Shown one piece after another: positions 10,266 through 18,589 of a stretch of 64,000 bases of DNA (the first letter of the stretch is position 1; each line of letters starts with the position of its first letter). The stretch is taken from positions 128,001-192,000 of IMG/VR virus record IMGVR_UViG_3300045988_119718; one strand, written 5' to 3'. The position numbers and the translations under genes were made by a program. The notes beneath the pieces were generated by a model. It ran no database searches. It saw only the letters and a program-made list of their open reading frames with translations, and was not told the origin of the DNA. This DNA is from a virus.

Positions 10266-10350
10266 AATTATTCCTCCTAAAAAATAAATTATTATAATGT
10301 AAAAAAGATTATTAGTAGCCATATAAACGGCTACTAATATTTTCTACTAA

Positions 10351-10962
10351 TTATTCTTCATCATCATCATCTTTATGCTCACGAATATAAATAGCATTCC
10401 CTCTGATGGTATCTCCACCAGAACGCCATTCATCTCCATCTTTAAGAATAGCTAAATCCCATCTAGTAATACCATCACTAGGCTGTGGATCAGACCATAC
10501 TGCATATGGTTCATGAAGATACAATCCATCTTCATTATCAGCAGCTTCACCATGAGTCATAATTCTATCTAAATCAATAGTTAAATCTAAAGCATCTGCT
10601 GCTGCTTCAGTCAATGCACATAAAGACCAAATCTGAGCATCAGTTGGGGGGTATGGCCCTAAGTCATATCTACCATCTGGCCAGCACATAGCATTATAAG
10701 CACAACAAAGAGCTATTGCAATAGATCCAGAGTTTCTCTTATATGTAGCAGCTACAGGCTCATTTACATCGCCAGTATAATGAATATTACCTTCACCATC
10801 AATACAGAAATTATAGTCATCATAAACGTTCGTATAATTATCAGCAGTCCAGTGTAAATAAATTTTTGCGTCTCTATCATACGCTTTAGCGTTTTCCCAA
10901 ATATAAGAATATGCATCAGAAATAATTTGCTTAGCTTCTTCTATAGATACTATTCTATCCAT
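10351..10962 (-). CDS. N-acetylmuramoyl-L-alanine amidase (Amidase_2/PGRP fold, XlyA/PlyL-like catalytic domain); endolysin or virion lysin
   Basis: 'IYLHWTAD', 'NFCIDGEGNIH', 'NSGSIAIALC' and 'IMTHGE' match the conserved blocks of family-2 amidases. No cell-wall-binding domain, acidic C-terminus. Locally higher GC than the flanks. Confidence 0.55.
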   Translation of the reverse strand: MDRIVSIEEAKQIISDAYSYIWENAKAYDRDAKIYLHWTADNYTNVYDDYNFCIDGEGNIHYTGDVNEPVAATYKRNSGSIAIALCCAYNAMCWPDGRYDLGPYPPTDAQIWSLCALTEAAADALDLTIDLDRIMTHGEAADNEDGLYLHEPYAVWSDPQPSDGITRWDLAILKDGDEWRSGGDTIRGNAIYIREHKDDDDEE

Positions 10963-11297
10963 TCTTTTCCCTTTCTTTTTGTTAATAGATTATATAAAGC
11001 ATTTTTCATAGCAGAATAAGAAGAATAAGTTTGTGTATAGATAGCATCTTTGTTTTCAACTGTAATAGTACTAATTTTAGACTTTTTATTGTAAGTTTTA
11101 TATTCAGTATTATTTACTTTTTTGAATAATGCATTAGGATAATTAAAGAATACATCACATGGATTCGTATTAATAATAAATTGATTTAGTGATAAAACGA
11201 TGTCATTTAGTGTAAGTTCATTATACTTAGATAGTATAAACTTAACCCAAACATAGTTATCATTATCATTCTTTACTTCAATATAGAAATATTTCAT
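10950..11297 (-). CDS. hypothetical protein
   Basis: 115-aa ORF. Confidence 0.45.
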   Translation of the reverse strand: MKYFYIEVKNDNDNYVWVKFILSKYNELTLNDIVLSLNQFIINTNPCDVFFNYPNALFKKVNNTEYKTYNKKSKISTITVENKDAIYTQTYSSYSAMKNALYNLLTKRKGKEWIE

Positions 11298-11337
11298 TAT
11301 TATTTATACCCCTAATCTATACACAAACTAAAATAAA

Positions 11338-12444
11338 TTATCTCATATTATTCATATCTAAAATATAGTTAATCACTGGAGCAATAGCAGCAGCTTTAGC
11401 TTCTGCTTTCTCTTCTTCTTCTTTTTTAACGTATTCTTCTGTTTTCCAGTTCTGAGGAATTGTAGTATCTTTATAAACTTCGTTTACAAATTTACCACCA
11501 TTGATAGTAATAGAAGCTGTATCTTTATTGGTTACACCAGAAAGTTCAATATCGAAAGTACCATTCTCAATCGTAATCTTAGCTGATTCAGTCCATTTAG
11601 TACTTGTTCCTGGAAGAGTTTCAGGAGCTGAGGAAGATTTATCATATTCTACAGCACCTACTACTTTACCAGTGAAGTCCTTACCAAAAGTAATTACTGG
11701 AGCAGCATTATAATACTTCTTTAATAATCCATAATAGCAGTCAAATGCTACTCTACGGAATCCATCAGTATTAGGTGCATTGATAATTGTATTACCTTTG
11801 CAAGTTAATCCACCATAGTTATTGGATACTGCATATGCACACTGAGTTCCTTTAGAAATATCTACAGTTACATCTTCTAATACTAATTCAGAATAGTTCT
11901 GAATAAACATTTTGCAATTTGCAAAGTTAGTAGTAAGAGTACCATTCTTAAAAGTAACTTTACAACCTTCCATAAGTCTAAATGCAATAGTCTGATATTT
12001 AACACTAGCACCTACTAATGGAAGTTTAGAAACATTTACGGTATGACCATTTAAATCAAATGTAATGTATCTATCTTGAGTATGGTCATTTTCTACACCA
12101 ACTTGAGTACCACAAGTATCAATATCTTCTAAAAGAGTAATTGTAGTTTCAGTCTTAGGTTTAGCTGCATTTACTGCTTCTTGGAAAGTAGCATATTTTA
12201 CACCATTAGATTCAATTACATATTTTACAGCTTCAGTAGCACTAAATTCAACAGTAGTATCTGATTCTGCTACAGTATAAGTCTCTTTATTTAAAGTACC
12301 AGCTTTATAGCCTTCACTAGCTACAATAGAAGCAATGAGTTCTTTACCAGTTTCTACAGTATCACCATCATGATAAGTTTTAGAATCTAAATCTGAAACT
12401 GTAATAACCTGATTAGCAGATTGAATAATTTTTAAAGTTGCCAT
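11338..12444 (-). CDS. tail-fibre-like protein with N-terminal Ig-like repeat domain
   Basis: The N-terminus 'KIIQSANQVITVSDLDSKTYHDGDTVETGKELIASIVASEGYKAGTLN' matches the repeat consensus of the family. Confidence 0.55.
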   Translation of the reverse strand: MATLKIIQSANQVITVSDLDSKTYHDGDTVETGKELIASIVASEGYKAGTLNKETYTVAESDTTVEFSATEAVKYVIESNGVKYATFQEAVNAAKPKTETTITLLEDIDTCGTQVGVENDHTQDRYITFDLNGHTVNVSKLPLVGASVKYQTIAFRLMEGCKVTFKNGTLTTNFANCKMFIQNYSELVLEDVTVDISKGTQCAYAVSNNYGGLTCKGNTIINAPNTDGFRRVAFDCYYGLLKKYYNAAPVITFGKDFTGKVVGAVEYDKSSSAPETLPGTSTKWTESAKITIENGTFDIELSGVTNKDTASITINGGKFVNEVYKDTTIPQNWKTEEYVKKEEEEKAEAKAAAIAPVINYILDMNNMR

Positions 12445-12464
12445 AATTTATAAATCCTTTCTTT

Positions 12465-12887
12465 TTAATAATCGGTTAAAGTAGGAGTTTTATTATTTAT
12501 TTCAGGAGAATATTTTATATAAAATCTGTCTATATAAGATTCACCACCACGAACACCAACGTACACCCTAATAGAGTATCGCTTATTCGGAGTTACACCA
12601 ATATATCCTAGAAATGAAATCGTCTCGCCATAATCACCACCACGGTACCATTGTTTGTTATTACTAAATACAGTCATACAAACTGGGTAATCCTCCTCGT
12701 GAGACGAACTAGCACTTGCATATACTTCAATCACATGTATACCATTAGGAATTGTGATAGTTCTAGTAATATCATCATTATAAGTATTTTGTTCATTTAC
12801 CAAATACCCTGTTGGTATGCTTACGGTTGCTGGGCTAGCCGTGAATGTTAGCCCCCCCCCAATTATACCTTTCATTGTTGTAGCCAT
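12465..12887 (-). CDS. small tail-associated protein with an in-frame poly-G tract (9 G = GGG codons); 'ON' member of a phase-variable paralogue pair
   Basis: MATTMKGIIGGGLTF… The homopolymer lies at codons 10-12. The paralogue at 31790..32201 has 10 G and is frameshifted. Confidence 0.55.
   Translation of the reverse strand: MATTMKGIIGGGLTFTASPATVSIPTGYLVNEQNTYNDDITRTITIPNGIHVIEVYASASSSHEEDYPVCMTVFSNNKQWYRGGDYGETISFLGYIGVTPNKRYSIRVYVGVRGGESYIDRFYIKYSPEINNKTPTLTDY
12852..12860 (-). repeat. homopolymeric G9 tract (C9 on the + strand) inside the CDS
   Basis: Seen directly as 'gccccccccc'. Confidence 0.9.
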
Positions 12888-12918
12888 ATACAACTACCTT
12901 CTTTCTTTTTAATCGTAT

Positions 12919-13674
12919 TTATGATACTATAGTGTATTGTGATGCAGATAATCCAGCACCATCGAATCCTGCTGGTGGATTCTTAATCTTAACATTTCTA
13001 AGTTTATGAGAATAGTTAAACATTTCATTCCAATGCTTGCATGATTTCATATCAATTACACCTTTAATGGTAGTAAGATTATAGCATTTATAGAACATCA
13101 AGACCATATCAGTTACTTTAGAAGTATCAAAATTAGATATGTTCAATGTGGTAAGATTATCACAGTTAGAGAACATAGAGGCCATACTTTCTACATTAGA
13201 AGTATCGAAGTTGGATAAGTCTAACGATGTAAGATTACGACAATCCCAAAACATACCTTCCATAGTATACACATTAGAAGTATCAAAGCTAGATACATCT
13301 AATGAAATAAGTTTAGAGCAGTTAGAGAACATAAATTCCATATCTATTGCATTAGAAGTATCGAAATTAGATACGTTTATTGAAGTGAGTTTAGGGTGAC
13401 CATAGGCATTTTTAAACATACCTTCCATAGTATATACTTTAGAAGTACTAAAATTAGATAAGTCTAATGAAGTAAGATTATCAGTGCAGTGACCAAACAT
13501 ATAGCTCATACTCATTACAAAACCATCACATGTAACTGTAGCTTGACCTGGGACTGATGTATCTATTTTATCCACACAGGATTTATCATCCCAATTATCA
13601 TTATACCATGGACTAGAACCTTTAGCTATAAAAATTTGATCTTTGAAGGCTGCATAGCTAACAGTAATAGTCAT
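12919..13674 (-). CDS. DUF285 / 'Liste_lipo_26' 26-residue LRR-like repeat protein (surface-binding module)
   Basis: At least 5 tandem repeats of 'LTSLDLSNFDTSNVxSMxxMFxxCxNL'. Confidence 0.65.
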   Translation of the reverse strand: MTITVSYAAFKDQIFIAKGSSPWYNDNWDDKSCVDKIDTSVPGQATVTCDGFVMSMSYMFGHCTDNLTSLDLSNFSTSKVYTMEGMFKNAYGHPKLTSINVSNFDTSNAIDMEFMFSNCSKLISLDVSSFDTSNVYTMEGMFWDCRNLTSLDLSNFDTSNVESMASMFSNCDNLTTLNISNFDTSKVTDMVLMFYKCYNLTTIKGVIDMKSCKHWNEMFNYSHKLRNVKIKNPPAGFDGAGLSASQYTIVS

Positions 13675-13685
13675 ATCACTATTAA

Positions 13686-14708
13686 TTACCCCCCCCCACT
13701 AACGTTCAATGCTCCTGGTTTATACCCACTATCAGCTATAACTTCAGCTTCATATGTAGTTCCCCTTGGACAAGTAAAGGTAGAAGTATGATCGGTTCCT
13801 CCATTCTTTTGAGGTGTATAAACGTGAATAGTCTGGTTAGCAGACTGAACAATAGTTACTGTAGCATTAGCTACTGTTGCAGCTTTAGCACTAATAATCA
13901 TATTGCTATTAAATGTACCACCCTTGGTATTTGGTGTACCTGCTATATAATTATTAGCAGCTATAACTTCTACTTCATAAGTAGTACCTACAGAGCAGGT
14001 GAATGATGAAGTGTGGTCAGTACCACCAGATTTTCTAGGTGTATATACATGGATAGTCTGATTATCACTTTGAACTATAGTTATTTTAGCATAGGATATA
14101 GCAGGGTTAGCATTAATAGACATATCACTATTAATTGTACCATTCTCATTAACATTTAATGACCCTGCTGTATAACCATTTTCAGCTATAACTTCAGCTT
14201 CATATGTAGTTCCCCTTGGACAAGTAAATGTAGAGGTATGATCTGTTCCACCAGACTTCTTAGGAGTATACACATGAATAGTTTGATTAGCAGATTGGGT
14301 AATAGTTACAGTAGCATTAGATTTTGTAGCAGAAGTAGCATTGATAGTTTTATTTTTAGTAAATGTACCACTTCTGCTAATATTTAGTGTTCCTGCCTTA
14401 TAACTATTTTCAGCTATAACTTCAGCTTCATAAGTAGTTCCTGCTAGACAGGTAAAGGTAGAAGTATAATCTATACCACCAATCTTTTTCGGTACATATA
14501 CATGAATAGTTTGATTATCTGACTGATTAATAGTAATTGTAATATTCTTTTTTTCATTATGAGTTTTCTTATAAAGGTCATCTATTAGATCTTGTAATTT
14601 CTTCCAAGTAGGGTCATCTTTAGAGATTCTTTTTAGAAGAATATTTTGAAGAGAAGCATCTAAATCTTCTAATCTTATTCTTCTAATTTCCTTTTTGTTA
14701 TCATTCAT
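13686..14708 (-). CDS. tail-fibre-like protein with 4 tandem Ig-like repeats; ends GGG-stop inside a G9 tract
   Basis: Four repeats of 'QSANQTIHVYTPKKSGGTDHTSTFTCPRGTTYEAEVIAENGYTAGSLN'. Confidence 0.65.
   Translation of the reverse strand: MNDNKKEIRRIRLEDLDASLQNILLKRISKDDPTWKKLQDLIDDLYKKTHNEKKNITITINQSDNQTIHVYVPKKIGGIDYTSTFTCLAGTTYEAEVIAENSYKAGTLNISRSGTFTKNKTINATSATKSNATVTITQSANQTIHVYTPKKSGGTDHTSTFTCPRGTTYEAEVIAENGYTAGSLNVNENGTINSDMSINANPAISYAKITIVQSDNQTIHVYTPRKSGGTDHTSSFTCSVGTTYEVEVIAANNYIAGTPNTKGGTFNSNMIISAKAATVANATVTIVQSANQTIHVYTPQKNGGTDHTSTFTCPRGTTYEAEVIADSGYKPGALNVSGGG
13689..13697 (-). repeat. homopolymeric G9 tract immediately before the stop codon; a +1 G would fuse the gene in frame to the downstream DUF285 gene
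   Basis: 'taccccccccact' on the + strand. Hand translation of the 10-G variant reads GGGVINSDMTITVSYAAF…, in frame with the start of 12919..13674. Confidence 0.85.
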
Positions 14709-14719
14709 AATATCACCTA

Positions 14720-15742
14720 TTATGAAACTCTATACCAAGCTGCTAATACTGCACCATATGGATTATTTGGTAATGGAGTAGATTTACAATTTGGTGATAA
14801 AGTTGAAGAGATAGTATGTCTATGAGCACCATCAGTAGATGTATTAGGTAAAACATCATCCTTGTCAGATTTTCCGCAGCCTAAATTTTTATTACTACTG
14901 TCATACACCCCCCATTTGCATCTATCAGGCCAATGCTCACCAAATACGGTTCCATGATGATGATCGCCGGTTGTATTAGTTGAACTACCGTTATGACTAT
15001 GCGGAGGCAAATTAGCCTCTGTAAACTTTAATGTGCTACTACCAGTCTTAGTAGTTATATCTGAAGTAGAATTCTTAATATTAACTTCCTCTACACTAGG
15101 ACTACCAATCTTTACATATGCATCACTAATTCTTACCCAATGTGTTCCTGGATATTCTGTACTAGGATTTACATTATAAGCATAGAATATAACTCTGCCT
15201 ACAGCTGGTACACCACTTACATCATCACTAGTCATTACTCTCTTAAATTTGGTATTATTTATATTACCATTACTAGCTCGAATGTATAATTTTCCATCTG
15301 GTTGAGAGATAAATAATTGTGTAGAATAATTTGTGTCTTTATCATAAGGCATATTTATTAATTGACCAGAACTAGCAGGTTGATTAGAAATAGTAGGTCT
15401 ATTGTAATTTGAAATATACATGCCTTGACTATTCCAATCAGCATCACTTGTTCCAGGATTATAGTTATCTTCTAATTTATGGAATGCTTCCCATACTTCA
15501 GTTTTCTTAACAAATTGATCAGTTATATTACCTAAATTATCTGCAATAAAATTTAGCTTTTTTACTAATTCATCATAACTATCTTTAGTTACTGTATTCT
15601 TAAATAGCTCTTGTAATGATGGAGCTAATTCTTCAAAGGTGATCTTATTTTCATTATCAACTTCAGCCATTAAAAAACCTCCAATCTTATTGATTCTAAT
15701 AGGTTTACGCCTATAGGTTACTAGTATGTTAATGTGCTCCAT
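14720..15742 (-). CDS. hypothetical tail-associated protein
   Basis: 340-aa ORF, first gene of the minus-strand block after the divergent intergenic region. Confidence 0.5.
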   Translation of the reverse strand: MEHINILVTYRRKPIRINKIGGFLMAEVDNENKITFEELAPSLQELFKNTVTKDSYDELVKKLNFIADNLGNITDQFVKKTEVWEAFHKLEDNYNPGTSDADWNSQGMYISNYNRPTISNQPASSGQLINMPYDKDTNYSTQLFISQPDGKLYIRASNGNINNTKFKRVMTSDDVSGVPAVGRVIFYAYNVNPSTEYPGTHWVRISDAYVKIGSPSVEEVNIKNSTSDITTKTGSSTLKFTEANLPPHSHNGSSTNTTGDHHHGTVFGEHWPDRCKWGVYDSSNKNLGCGKSDKDDVLPNTSTDGAHRHTISSTLSPNCKSTPLPNNPYGAVLAAWYRVS

Positions 15743-15749
15743 TTTGCTT

Positions 15750-15790
15750 CGACATTACATTAAATATTATAAATACAAAATGGGGTGTTA
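15750..15790 (+). promoter_or_regulatory. putative sigma-A-like promoter in a 53-nt divergent intergenic region (TTGCTT…TATTAT)
   Basis: 'ttgcttcgacattacattaaatattat' sits upstream of the + gene at 15796. This is speculative. Confidence 0.25.
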
Positions 15791-15795
15791 AAAAA

Positions 15796-16752
15796 ATGAA
15801 TAAAGATAGTAAAAAATTTCATCTTTTATTAGTTCTGATTCCTATTTTTTGCTTTATTATAATTTCAGATATATTTGTATCTGATATAAGAGCTATAAAA
15901 CAAGATACATCAGAAAATATACAGACACTAGAAGAAAAGAAAACTGAATCTATCCATTATATAGTTGATAATAGAATTAGACAAGCCAGATTGCAAAATG
16001 CTTATATAGAAAGTGCTTTTAAATCTTATATAGCAGATTATGATACATCTCAATTACAAAAAGAAATGAACTCTGATGTATTGGATAATAAAATTATAAA
16101 TATACTTTCTAATATAATCATTTATGATACAAAAATAACAAGTATTTTTGAAACACATTATTCGGATCATATCTTGTTTATTAGTAATAAGAATGGTATA
16201 ATTAATATATGCAATTTATCTTCTAATAATCCAGAGATAATGTTTACTAATTGGGATGATTATATTGCTAAGAAGAATAATACCCAACTTACTTCTTCTG
16301 CTATAGATAAGCTTATTAATAAAGAAGAATCTGTTTTAGTATGGGAATCTAGTATAGCTACTAAAAATAATATACTCAATACAGAGTATACTACTTCTTC
16401 TGAAGAAACTATAGATAAGATTATACAGACTGATAATAGTTTTGAATATAGATATTATAATATTCTTGTACCTACTTATGTAAATATAAATAACCAAGAT
16501 GATACTTATGATTTCATAATAGTAAGAGAAATAAACTTATATAAAACTTTAGAACCACTTAGCTATAATATAAATAAGTATGATACGATAATAGAAGATT
16601 ATAAACATGAAATGAGTAACTTGCTATACATAACTATTCTTTTCTCTATTTCAATTACCATCTCGTTGTCTATCAGTATAATCATTGGGGTTCTTAAAAC
16701 CAATAATTATATAAAATATAAATTTAAGTTTAAGAAAGATGGTGATAAATAA
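15796..16752 (+). CDS. membrane protein (N- and C-terminal TM segments)
   Basis: 'LLLVLIPIFCFIIISDIFV' and 'LLYITILFSISITISLSISIIIGVL'. Confidence 0.5.
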   Translation: MNKDSKKFHLLLVLIPIFCFIIISDIFVSDIRAIKQDTSENIQTLEEKKTESIHYIVDNRIRQARLQNAYIESAFKSYIADYDTSQLQKEMNSDVLDNKIINILSNIIIYDTKITSIFETHYSDHILFISNKNGIINICNLSSNNPEIMFTNWDDYIAKKNNTQLTSSAIDKLINKEESVLVWESSIATKNNILNTEYTTSSEETIDKIIQTDNSFEYRYYNILVPTYVNINNQDDTYDFIIVREINLYKTLEPLSYNINKYDTIIEDYKHEMSNLLYITILFSISITISLSISIIIGVLKTNNYIKYKFKFKKDGDK

Positions 16753-17183
16753 TGCTAAAAGATGTGGTATTAGATGAAGAATTATTATTAATTCTTATAA
16801 TAATTACCATATCATTGATTGGAAGCCTAGTAAAAAATTATTATGAATTATTATATCATCATAAACGTATGAAGGTTGGACTTATAATTTTATCCACGGT
16901 ATCAACTTCTATACTAGATTATTCCATAAGCTCCCATCTATTAAAATTTTTAGGGTATAGACCTTTCATAGGAGTAACTTTCTTTTTAGGGTTAATAAGT
17001 ATGGAGCTTTTAGGAAAGCTTTCAAACCTAAATGATGTGTTTTTAATTATAAAAGTTATAATTTTTCGAGATAAAGATGACATAAAAAAATTACTAGATG
17101 ATAAAACTAGCAAAGATAAAAACAATCAAAACCACACCGATAATAGCACGAATAACAACATAAATATCACTATTAAGAAATAA
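16752..17183 (+). CDS. small membrane protein
   Basis: Hydrophobic N-terminus. ATGA overlap with the upstream gene. Confidence 0.45.
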   Translation: MLKDVVLDEELLLILIIITISLIGSLVKNYYELLYHHKRMKVGLIILSTVSTSILDYSISSHLLKFLGYRPFIGVTFFLGLISMELLGKLSNLNDVFLIIKVIIFRDKDDIKKLLDDKTSKDKNNQNHTDNSTNNNINITIKK

Positions 17184-17224
17184 ACATTATTATAATATTT
17201 TAAAAAGGAGGAGCTAATATTCCA

Positions 17225-18529
17225 ATGGCATACTTAAAGACATTGTGGCTTGTTGACGGTATTAGAAATAAACTGTACAAATATGAAGATAATGAATTAC
17301 AGCAAGAAAGTTATACCATTCCTGTTGTAAATACATGTGTACCAGTTGGTGATTGTAAGGTCTTAGTTTCAACTGACCAATCCAATGTATACATCTTATC
17401 TCCTACTGGATATTTATTTAAGTTTAATACCAAAGCAGAAACCTTCGTTAAAACTATTCGTCTTACTGATGGTTCTTCTGGTATAGCTCAAGGTGTTTTA
17501 CATGAGTGTAACACTTCACCTATTTTCGTCTCTAACTATAACGAAAATACAGTATCTGTAATCATGGATGACACTATTAAATATGATATTCCAGTTGGTT
17601 TAGGCCCTACAAATATCATAGTAGATAGTAATGGGTCAGCATATGTTTGTAATAGTATCGAAAATACTATTTCCATTATTTCTTACCAAAACTGTAAATA
17701 TATATGCTATAAAAAGATTAGATTACTTTCTAATCCTATAGACGTATGTGTTGATAAGCATAATACTTTATATGTATTATGCAAAGATTCTAAGATATAC
17801 AAACTTATGGCTAATGATAAATCATGCAAACGTTTATCATTTGACGTAGGAGAACAGCCTAGTGCTATTACTGTAGATAATCAAAATAATATTATCGTTA
17901 CAAACTATGGTGAAGGAACTATTACTATTATTGATCCAAACTCTATTATTAAAACAGTTGGATTACAAGAATTCCATCCTATAGCGGTAGATGGTGATAT
18001 TGACGATAATATCTTTGTAATTACTTCTCATAATATTATCATTGAGATCAATCAGGCTGGTAGAATTATTAATAAATTCTATGCTAATATTCCAGCATCT
18101 ATTACTACATTAAATGACTTTACTGGTATGAAAACCAGTAAGGCATTATATGCTGCTAACAATCCTGGTGGCAAACCAACTACCAAAGATGACCTTGATG
18201 AATTAAAAAAACAACTTGATAATAAAATTCAGAATTATCCTAATAAGGATGCATTCCCATATCCATCATCTAATCCAGACAGTAAAGCTCTGTATATTGA
18301 TGATGAAAATGGAACTATTTATAGATTCGATAAAGATAAAAAAGAATACAAAGTTCTATACGGAACTAGTATAGTAAATGCTAGATATGATGATAGTTCT
18401 GAAACATCATTGTCATTAGTATCAGTTAATGGCACTGTAAAACCATTAGAACTCAAGGATATTACTAATACCGTTTTATCTAAATATAATACAATCTTGG
18501 ATTCTGAGATTGATAAGGTGTTTGAATAA
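17225..18529 (+). CDS. beta-propeller (YVTN/NHL-like repeat) protein, tail-fibre or adhesin-like
   Basis: Recurrent 'Y(V/I)xNxxxxTISII', 'YVLCKDSKIYK', 'IIVTNYGEGTITIID'. The C-terminal motif 'KDAFPYP…LYIDDENGTIYRF' is shared with the next gene. Confidence 0.5.
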   Translation: MAYLKTLWLVDGIRNKLYKYEDNELQQESYTIPVVNTCVPVGDCKVLVSTDQSNVYILSPTGYLFKFNTKAETFVKTIRLTDGSSGIAQGVLHECNTSPIFVSNYNENTVSVIMDDTIKYDIPVGLGPTNIIVDSNGSAYVCNSIENTISIISYQNCKYICYKKIRLLSNPIDVCVDKHNTLYVLCKDSKIYKLMANDKSCKRLSFDVGEQPSAITVDNQNNIIVTNYGEGTITIIDPNSIIKTVGLQEFHPIAVDGDIDDNIFVITSHNIIIEINQAGRIINKFYANIPASITTLNDFTGMKTSKALYAANNPGGKPTTKDDLDELKKQLDNKIQNYPNKDAFPYPSSNPDSKALYIDDENGTIYRFDKDKKEYKVLYGTSIVNARYDDSSETSLSLVSVNGTVKPLELKDITNTVLSKYNTILDSEIDKVFE

Positions 18530-18589
18530 AATGGTTATTATTAATATATATACATAACCATATTTTTTTATAAAAGGGGACATACAATT

